Positions 19,914 through 26,701 of a stretch of 64,000 nt of DNA are shown here, one piece after another. The stretch lies in IMG/VR virus record IMGVR_UViG_3300028535_000001; one strand, written 5' to 3'. Position numbers and translations under genes: made by a program. Each line of letters begins with the position of its first letter. The stretch's first letter is position 1. Source of the DNA: a virus. The notes beneath the pieces were generated by a model. It was not told where the DNA came from. It did no database searches and saw nothing but the letters and a program-made list of their open reading frames with translations.

Positions 19914-20302
19914 TTTCTTCTCCCGCCTTTGTATAAGGCTTGTTTAATTTTATCTATATGTTCTTTTGAGAGTATTTGTAGTGCTTGTCTTGCTTTATCA
20001 TTGCTGTATCCATAATACTCTTTTACATATTCCAAGTCAATCAACTTAATTTGTTTGATCCACTTCCCTCCAAATCGTTTCTTTGGTCTGATACTATTTA
20101 GTAAAAACTGAAATTGTATGTCTTTGTCCAAGAAGTGATAACCATTCATTTCATTGGCATGTGGAAGTGTATCCCAAAACATGGATAAACACTTATTAAT
20201 GATGTAGGGAGGGTACTTTTTAATCCAGGCAATATCGCTGGTCTTCAAAAGGTTAACTTTTGTTTCGTTTATAGCTTTTAAATAATCTTTTAATTCGTAC
20301 AT
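19910..20302 (-). CDS. 62: Clamp loader small subunit gp62
   Basis: YPPYIINKCLS, ANEMN, VKEYYGYS; synteny. Confidence 0.9.
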   Translation of the reverse strand: MYELKDYLKAINETKVNLLKTSDIAWIKKYPPYIINKCLSMFWDTLPHANEMNGYHFLDKDIQFQFLLNSIRPKKRFGGKWIKQIKLIDLEYVKEYYGYSNDKARQALQILSKEHIDKIKQALYKGGRRK

Positions 20303-20329
20303 AATATAAACTAGTGCCTTGAATCAATT

Positions 20330-20692
20330 TTATTTAAGTTCTGCTGTTCCGCCAGCGTCTTCTAACTTCTTCTTTAATTCTTCAGCATGTGCTATTTCAA
20401 GGTTTTCTTCAACCGTTTTAGGTAAATCTTCAACAAAAGTCTTTGCTTCCATTAAACCTAATCCTAATACTTCTTTAACAACTTTTAATACACCCATTTT
20501 CTTTTCACCAAAACTTTTTAATATAACTGTAGCTGTACTCTTTTCTTCTGAAACTGCAACAGGTGTTGGAGCAACTGCTTGTAAATTACTTGCTTGTATT
20601 CCCCACTGATCTTCCATCATTTTGGCCATATCAGCAGCTTCTTGCATAGTTAATTTACCTATTTCATTTACTAATTTGTTAATGTCTGTCAT
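20330..20692 (-). CDS. rplL: 50S ribosomal protein bL12 (L7/L12), full length
   Basis: NTD LTMQEAADMAK...WGI, Ala/Pro hinge, CTD KMGVLKVVKEVLGLGLMEAK.FVE..P...KKKLEDAGGTAELK. Confidence 0.92.
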   Translation of the reverse strand: MTDINKLVNEIGKLTMQEAADMAKMMEDQWGIQASNLQAVAPTPVAVSEEKSTATVILKSFGEKKMGVLKVVKEVLGLGLMEAKTFVEDLPKTVEENLEIAHAEELKKKLEDAGGTAELK

Positions 20693-20825
20693 TTCTCTTT
20701 GGGTGCCTACCCATATAATGCTCGGATGGTTCGTAGTTCCATCTATGTCCGTGGTGTCCTCTTACGTCAGCATACCACATTCTAAACTTAACTATCATAA
20801 CTCTCCATAATGTTCTCTTTGCCAT
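20679..20825 (-). CDS. 48-aa His/Arg-rich protein (MAKRTLWRVMIVKFRMWYADVRGHHGHRWNYEPSEHYMGRHPKRNDRH)
   Basis: Hand-translated; fills the gap between gp44 and rplL. Confidence 0.55.
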   Translation of the reverse strand: MAKRTLWRVMIVKFRMWYADVRGHHGHRWNYEPSEHYMGRHPKRNDRH

Positions 20826-20901
20826 TTCTTTTCTTTATCTCTTTCATTGATTTAAAAGGCATTTGCCTTTCTAAACATATTTAGTAAAATGTTTCCTTTC
20901 A

Positions 20902-21846
20902 TCACTTGAATTTACAATTGGCCATAATCTCTGTTAGGCAGGCGATTACATTAATTTCGTGGTCAGCCACAAAAGCTGCCTTGTACTGGTAGCCAGCAAT
21001 TATTAATATCGCTTGAGGTACGGATTTAGGTTCTAAACTTTCATATAGAACATCATAGACACCTCTGAATAGATCAGTAGCGTCCATATCTAAATGTTGG
21101 ATTACCCACTTCCTCATATTATCAAACTCTTTTTTCTTCAGGTAACCCATAAGATTCTTATAGTCTGTTTCTTTTAAATTGAATAGAATACCACTGTCAA
21201 TCTTACCACGTACAGAATATCTTTGAAGTTCGTTGATAGTTCTTCTAAAATCTGGATAATGTTTTTCAATTAACTGAGCTAATATTTTTTTATCATACTC
21301 AATTTCTTGTTCTTTTAAGATACTTTCCAAACGTTTCATAAAAGCAACAGCAGTTTTCCCTCTTTGACCATTAGAAACTTTGAAGTCAATAACAGTACAA
21401 CGACTATGTAAAGCTGGTATGATTTTGTTCTTATAGTTACAAGTAAATATAAATCTACAGTTATTATAAAAACTTTCTATGAAGTTTCTTAAAGCAGGCT
21501 GTACCGATTCGGCATTCATATAATCTGCCTCGTCAATTATGACTACTTTATGTTTTGATTCTGTATTGAAAGATACAGTTGTTGCAAAGTTTTTAATCTT
21601 ATGTCTTAACGTATCTATTTGACGGCCTTCATCTGATCCATTGACTATAATATAATCAAGGTTTAATTCTTCACATAAAGCACGAGCAACAGTTGTCTTA
21701 CCAGTACCGGCAGTACCAGTTAATAACATGTTTGGTAGTTCTTTTTTAGATAGAAATTCTAAAAAGGTATTCTTTGTATCTTCTGATAAGATACATTCAT
21801 CTATTGTTTTGGGTCGGTATTGTTCTACCCACAAAAAATCTGTCAT
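20902..21846 (-). CDS. 44: Clamp loader large subunit gp44
   Basis: WVEQYRP, GTAGTGKTT, IIDEAD, HSRC, PDFRR. Confidence 0.95.
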   Translation of the reverse strand: MTDFLWVEQYRPKTIDECILSEDTKNTFLEFLSKKELPNMLLTGTAGTGKTTVARALCEELNLDYIIVNGSDEGRQIDTLRHKIKNFATTVSFNTESKHKVVIIDEADYMNAESVQPALRNFIESFYNNCRFIFTCNYKNKIIPALHSRCTVIDFKVSNGQRGKTAVAFMKRLESILKEQEIEYDKKILAQLIEKHYPDFRRTINELQRYSVRGKIDSGILFNLKETDYKNLMGYLKKKEFDNMRKWVIQHLDMDATDLFRGVYDVLYESLEPKSVPQAILIIAGYQYKAAFVADHEINVIACLTEIMANCKFK

Positions 21847-21857
21847 TGACCAACTCC

Positions 21858-22523
21858 TTAAAATTCAGAGTCAGGTTCTAATGCAATCCAATATTGGACG
21901 TTTTTTGCTCTACTAATGAAACTAGATATTTTTGCTTTTGATATTGCTACATCATAATCATCTGGTATCATCTTAAAGTTTTCTGATTTAAAGTAAGCAG
22001 TAAACTTAACATCTGATTTTCCGATTACAGAAGACACTACGTTAGAAGTCTTGTTTTTCTTATCAGTAGCCACTAATTTAATATTTTTACCATCGCCTAT
22101 TACAGCAACATCTGGTAAATTTAAAGTTGTAACGCCTTTATGTAGTTCAGCTAAGTCATCATTTTTTAATTGAAATGAAACATATTTATCTGGCATGTTA
22201 ATCTTATTAGGTGTAAACACCGTAGATTTATCAGAGAAGAAATACTTAACTGATTTTCTTCCCTCTTTAGCTTCACTGATAGTCATTGAAGCACCACCAT
22301 TAAACGTTAGTTCAGGACTTTTAAATAAATCCAATGATCTTAAAAATTGTGGTAGATCATAGATAGCAAATTCACTATCAAATTTTTCTTTTATTTCAGC
22401 CTCTGCTAAAATATTTCTCATATTGGAAATAGTTTGTATCTTATTTCCTGGCTTAATTAAAATGTTCTGATTTATATCAGAGAAATTTTTTAACAAAGCT
22501 ATTGTGTTTGTGGACAAGTTCAT
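21858..22523 (-). CDS. 45: Sliding clamp gp45
   Basis: LKNFSDINQNI, FAIYDLPQFL, YWIALE; start at MNLS after the AGGAG SD. Confidence 0.92.
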   Translation of the reverse strand: MNLSTNTIALLKNFSDINQNILIKPGNKIQTISNMRNILAEAEIKEKFDSEFAIYDLPQFLRSLDLFKSPELTFNGGASMTISEAKEGRKSVKYFFSDKSTVFTPNKINMPDKYVSFQLKNDDLAELHKGVTTLNLPDVAVIGDGKNIKLVATDKKNKTSNVVSSVIGKSDVKFTAYFKSENFKMIPDDYDVAISKAKISSFISRAKNVQYWIALEPDSEF

Positions 22524-22561
22524 TTTATAATCACTCCTATTCATAATTTAACTTTTCTTTT

Positions 22562-22635
22562 TGGAGCGGATACTTGGTACTGCCCCAAGTTCTACAGGTT
22601 GGAAACCTATCATAATACTTTTATACGACATCCGC
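22562..22635 (-). tRNA. tRNA-Gly(TCC), CCA encoded, non-canonical D and T loops
   Basis: Cloverleaf GCGGATG/TATCCGC, ATAGG-TTTCCAA-CCTGT, CTTGG-GGCAGTA-CCAAG, U73-CCA; 74 nt. Confidence 0.88.
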
Positions 22636-22642
22636 ATTTTCT

Positions 22643-22671
22643 ATACTATATCAATTTGTTCAAAATGTCAA
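22643..22671 (-). promoter_or_regulatory. sigma70-type promoter for tRNA-Gly/gp45
   Basis: TTGACA-17-TAGTAT ending 7 nt before the tRNA 5' end. Confidence 0.7.
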
Positions 22672-23192
22672 GCCTCCAAATATTTCAAGACATTTTCTGG
22701 TGAAGATACTCCATAAGGATCCGATGGATCATTAAATTCTTTACCAGGTTCAACGAACATTTTTATTATATCACCATTGTGTACAATAGCTGCATATCTC
22801 CATGAACGGTAACCAAAACCAATGGCCTCTATGTTAACTAACATATCTAAACTCTTTGTTAGTTCGCCATTGCCATCTGGTATCATTTTAATGTTCTTGA
22901 TTTGTTCGTTGGTTTTCCATGCATTCATAACAAAAGAATCATTTACTGATATACAATAAACCTCATCTATGCCATGTTCTTTGAATTTCGTATACAGGTT
23001 GTCATAACCTGGAAGTTGTTGTGATGTACAAGTTGGTGTAAAAGCTCCTGGTAAACTGAATATAATTACTTTCTTATCTTTAAAGTAATAGTCAGTAGTT
23101 CTATCAACCCATTTACCATTGGAAAAATTACAAGCACCTGATTCGGATATATCACCTTCACGTGTTTTAAATTTTATATTCTTTATTTCCAT
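22668..23192 (-). CDS. Peroxiredoxin (Prx5/redoxin type)
   Basis: FSLPGAFTPTCT, SVNDSFVMNAW, DGNG, RSWRY. Confidence 0.92.
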   Translation of the reverse strand: MEIKNIKFKTREGDISESGACNFSNGKWVDRTTDYYFKDKKVIIFSLPGAFTPTCTSQQLPGYDNLYTKFKEHGIDEVYCISVNDSFVMNAWKTNEQIKNIKMIPDGNGELTKSLDMLVNIEAIGFGYRSWRYAAIVHNGDIIKMFVEPGKEFNDPSDPYGVSSPENVLKYLEA

Positions 23193-23195
23193 AAT

Positions 23196-23247
23196 ATTAT
23201 CTCACTTTAACATAAAATCAGGAGGAAGTCAATGCTCCCTCCCAATC
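23196..23247 (-). repeat. 52-bp promoter/stem-loop repeat, copy 1
   Basis: 50/52 identical to 24292-24343; contains a GC-rich hairpin overlapping TTGACT-17-TAAAGT. Confidence 0.9.
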
Positions 23248-23253
23248 CATTAT

Positions 23254-24222
23254 TTATTTAACTTGTACTAATTTTGACCAATTGTCTTTACCAACTACTT
23301 GTGGAAAGAAACCAGCCGCTTTCATCCAATTGGTTTTACAACCTAATTGTTTTAATCTATTAATTCCTTCATTCCAATCCTCTAAAGTTCTTTTTCTTTT
23401 TTCACTTATTGGAGATTTAGGTGTAGGTCTTGATACATGAAATATAACTTGACAAGGGTTACCGGTCTCAAGGTACTTGGTTATCATTCTATGGTAAGTT
23501 CTATAAGCACCACCTTGTTTACAAATAAATGTATGTACACCATTGGTTTCCTTACCATCATAATTATATTTAATAGACGAATCATCTTTAGACCATCTTT
23601 TTGCTTTTGATGGATTCCATTCATAGACAGCATTGTGTATACTAGCTCTTTCTTCTACTTGTCTAATAATATTTTCTATAGATTGAGTGTGTCTATTAGG
23701 ACAAAGTTTATATAAATGGTCTCTAATCTTATCACTATCTTTAGGAAAACCATGTCTATCTATTTTTACCATTATAGTTTTAACAATGTCTATTTCTTTA
23801 TTGTTAACTTTTGGTAGACCTTCATTTTCCATGGTTCTTATATCTAATAATTCACTATCTGTACAATCAACTATATCAAACCACATTTCAAAATTATCAC
23901 CATATAATTCTTCTAAAGCTATACATCTATTATAACCATATGCTAAAATATATGAATAGTCACTAGACTTATCTGGATTTTTATAAACACATGGTAGATA
24001 TTCACTTGTATTCCAACCACTAGATAAAGAGTTTTTTAAATTCTCAATATCTTTTTCGCTAGTACCATGCATACGAGCGGTGTTGCCTAATTTATCATCA
24101 ATATGAATTTTTGATAATTTTAATTTGGTTGGATTTTTTTCTATGTAAACTCCGACATTTGAAAAGTCGGGAATTGGACGCTCAAATTCTTTTTGAGCAA
24201 TTTTTTTTGTTTCTATTAACAT
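23254..24222 (-). CDS. Hypothetical protein, possible ParB/Srx-like N-terminal domain
   Basis: LKNSL..GW...LPCV...YILAYGYNRCIAL weakly recalls the ParB GxxR motif. Confidence 0.5.
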   Translation of the reverse strand: MLIETKKIAQKEFERPIPDFSNVGVYIEKNPTKLKLSKIHIDDKLGNTARMHGTSEKDIENLKNSLSSGWNTSEYLPCVYKNPDKSSDYSYILAYGYNRCIALEELYGDNFEMWFDIVDCTDSELLDIRTMENEGLPKVNNKEIDIVKTIMVKIDRHGFPKDSDKIRDHLYKLCPNRHTQSIENIIRQVEERASIHNAVYEWNPSKAKRWSKDDSSIKYNYDGKETNGVHTFICKQGGAYRTYHRMITKYLETGNPCQVIFHVSRPTPKSPISEKRKRTLEDWNEGINRLKQLGCKTNWMKAAGFFPQVVGKDNWSKLVQVK

Positions 24223-24291
24223 TTTTTTCTCCTATTGGATTATGAGTTTTCAATCCCATAAGGATTAAACAACTCTTGTTTTTATTTATAC

Positions 24292-24343
24292 ATTATCTTA
24301 CTTTAACATAAAATCGGGAGGAAGTCAATGCTCCCTCCCAATC
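24292..24343 (-). repeat. 52-bp promoter/stem-loop repeat, copy 2
   Basis: Direct repeat of 23196-23247. Confidence 0.9.
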
Positions 24344-24350
24344 TCTCAAT

Positions 24351-24797
24351 TTACTTGATTTTTATAGTTCTAGGCTTCTTTGAGTCTGGAACAATCTTCT
24401 CTAAAGATACCTTTAAAAGACCATCTTTTAGTTCAGCACCCTTTACTTCGCAGTCTTCTGCTACAGTAAATGACTTACTAAAATATCTTTTAGCTATACC
24501 TTTGTGAAGTATACCATCATTGTCCTCAACCTCTTTAGTCTGCTCGTCTTTATTAGACTTGATTGTTAGAACATTGTCAGCATAGTCAACAGTTACATCA
24601 TTTTTAGAGTATCCTGCTAATGCTAATTCAATATCATAGGTAAACGAACCTGTTTTAACGATATTGTATGGTGGATAGTTTCCCATTCTCGTAAAATCTG
24701 TATCTAACATATGTTCAAAGTTGTCAAACATACTGTCAAACCCTACGGTTATTGGTCTTAAACTATTAAAGAATTGAATTGCTTTTGAATTGGTCAT
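24351..24797 (-). CDS. hsp20: Small heat-shock protein Hsp20 (IbpA-like)
   Basis: YPPYNI, IELALAG, LHKGIAKR.F..SF, AELKDGLLKV. Confidence 0.95.
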   Translation of the reverse strand: MTNSKAIQFFNSLRPITVGFDSMFDNFEHMLDTDFTRMGNYPPYNIVKTGSFTYDIELALAGYSKNDVTVDYADNVLTIKSNKDEQTKEVEDNDGILHKGIAKRYFSKSFTVAEDCEVKGAELKDGLLKVSLEKIVPDSKKPRTIKIK

Positions 24798-24799
24798 AT

Positions 24800-24860
24800 T
24801 AACCTCCTATTGTTAAGCAAAGTTATTGTTATAGACAACCCTTAATGGCATTGTCATAGT
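24800..24860 (-). promoter_or_regulatory. ROSE-like RNA thermometer in the hsp20 5' UTR
   Basis: AACUUUGCU-loop-AGGAGGUU pairs over the SD with a bulged G (UUGCU/AGGA); preceded by a second hairpin. Confidence 0.6.
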
Positions 24861-24910
24861 TATTTATATAAGTATTAATCTTCAAATGTCAACCATCTAT
24901 ATAAAATAAA

Positions 24911-25075
24911 ATGGTAGTTTTTATATAAGGGCGAAACTACCAAAACGCTCCGCAGCTTTAGTTTGTTTTTTTAAGGTGGTGCGAAACTAAGCGCAAATGC
25001 TAAAACAATCCACCATATCCGAAGCTATAATAGCTTCTTTAACGCTGTCATAGGACTTACGAGCAGCCTTGACCA
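24911..25075 (-). ncRNA. Putative structured ncRNA with tandem pseudoknots (manA-motif-like architecture)
   Basis: Locally GC-richer intergenic segment; loop-to-downstream pairings TTAGTTT/AAACTAA and TGGTAGTTT/AAACTACCA, plus hairpin GAAGCTA/TAGCTTC. Confidence 0.6.
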
Positions 25076-25118
25076 TAATATATATATCACTTTTATAGCG
25101 TTAAATTCCATAAATTTC

Positions 25119-25319
25119 TTATAAAAATCTCTCTTGTAAACGTTTCTTCCTCTTTGCATTAGCAATTCCTTCTTTCTTTTTTCGTCTCTTTTTTTCAGAA
25201 GGTTTCTCAAAATACATTCTTTCCTTATAATTTTTAAGGAAATTATCTTTTAAATTTTTTCTTTTTAAGACTCTTAAAGCCTGTTCTACATTACCATTTC
25301 TTACATCTACTTTTATCAT
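25119..25319 (-). CDS. rpsU: 30S ribosomal protein bS21
   Basis: V.VRNGNVEQALRVLKRK...YFEKPSEKKRRKK. Confidence 0.93.
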   Translation of the reverse strand: MIKVDVRNGNVEQALRVLKRKNLKDNFLKNYKERMYFEKPSEKKRRKKKEGIANAKRKKRLQERFL

Positions 25320-25388
25320 AATTCTTTCTCTTGTTTAATCCTTAAACGGTGGCGACCACTACATCGCCACCAAGGATTACACTATAGC

Positions 25389-26615
25389 TTAAACATTATC
25401 CGAATCATCTGTCCCAGCATCGCTGTCAGAATCATCGTCTTCGTTCTCGCTAAGATCCGATTGTTCGGTTAAATCTTTTTGTCTATTCTGTTCCATAATG
25501 TCTTCAACACTAGCACCAGAATCTACTTTAGTATATAACTCTACAAACGAATTTTTTGTATCATCATCAAATCTATTAGTACACATTGTAATAGCTTTTA
25601 CTTTATTATTAAATATCGCATAAGCTTGAGTAATGTGGACCAATCTTCTTGTTGAGATAATCTCGTCAACGCCACCATCAAAATAAGTTTTTCTGATAAC
25701 ATCAGCCCATGTAGTAAGCTTTTCTATGAAAGCTTTGTCTGATTTACCAGCTTGTTTTAATGTGTTAGTTAATATTTTTTTCTCAATAGCAACACTTGGA
25801 TATTTCTGTTCAAAAGTAACAGGAAATCTTTCCAAAAATGCCTCATTAAGAATGTTGGTTCCGATAAACTTACCGTCTTCACTACCTTGACCTTTAGTAT
25901 TGGCAGTAGCAATAACATTAAACCCTAATTTAGGTTTAACAAACTTGTTTATCTTTTTAACATAAACTCCTGAACCTTCAAGTATTGGTTGTAGACACAT
26001 AATCTTATTACTAGCAAGGTCAACCTCGTCTAATAATAACATAGCGCCTCTTTCCATCGCCTCAATAACAGGTCCGTTTTGCCATACAGTTTGACCATCT
26101 TTAAGTCTATAACCGCCTAACAAATCGTCCTCATCGGTTTCAATTGTTATGTTTACTCTAATCATTTCTTTCTTAGCCTCGGCACAAGATTGAATGACAC
26201 CCATTGTTTTACCATTACCAGATAAACCAGTAATAAAAATAGGATAAAACCTATTAGATTTTACAATAGATTTTACATCTGTATAATTACCAAATGGAAC
26301 AAATATTGGATCTTTTTTAGGGACAATGTCGCCTACTAAAGATGATACAATATAAGCGGCTTCAGATTTTGATTCAACCTCATTAGCCGTATCTTTTTTG
26401 ATAACTGGTTCTGGAACAGAAACGTCCTCACCGTCTACAGGTAATCTAAATAAAGATTTACCTAATTTGTAATCTTTATTTTTAATCAACCATTGTGGAG
26501 CATATTTACAGCCAAATTTTGCATTGGCTTTCTTTAACTGATCTACAGTTAACTCCTTTTTATTAAACATTGAATAAGCATGTTCAATAAATTGTGTTTG
26601 TTTAGTGTTTAGCAT
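25389..26615 (-). CDS. CobS/MoxR-like AAA+ ATPase
   Basis: TGLSGNGKT, ETDEDDLLGG, LLDEVD, ATANTKG, EAFLERF, ISTRRL. Confidence 0.88.
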   Translation of the reverse strand: MLNTKQTQFIEHAYSMFNKKELTVDQLKKANAKFGCKYAPQWLIKNKDYKLGKSLFRLPVDGEDVSVPEPVIKKDTANEVESKSEAAYIVSSLVGDIVPKKDPIFVPFGNYTDVKSIVKSNRFYPIFITGLSGNGKTMGVIQSCAEAKKEMIRVNITIETDEDDLLGGYRLKDGQTVWQNGPVIEAMERGAMLLLDEVDLASNKIMCLQPILEGSGVYVKKINKFVKPKLGFNVIATANTKGQGSEDGKFIGTNILNEAFLERFPVTFEQKYPSVAIEKKILTNTLKQAGKSDKAFIEKLTTWADVIRKTYFDGGVDEIISTRRLVHITQAYAIFNNKVKAITMCTNRFDDDTKNSFVELYTKVDSGASVEDIMEQNRQKDLTEQSDLSENEDDDSDSDAGTDDSDNV

Positions 26616-26701
26616 AGTGCTTTCCTTTCGTTTTATTAATATATCCTATCATAGTTCTATTCATAAAGCAAGCCTAAAAATTGTGTTATCCACATTGATT
26701 T

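Noticed and set aside
25025-25210. 61-aa ORF overlapping rpsU
   Set aside because: It is an alternate frame over bS21 and the structured RNA, with no independent support.
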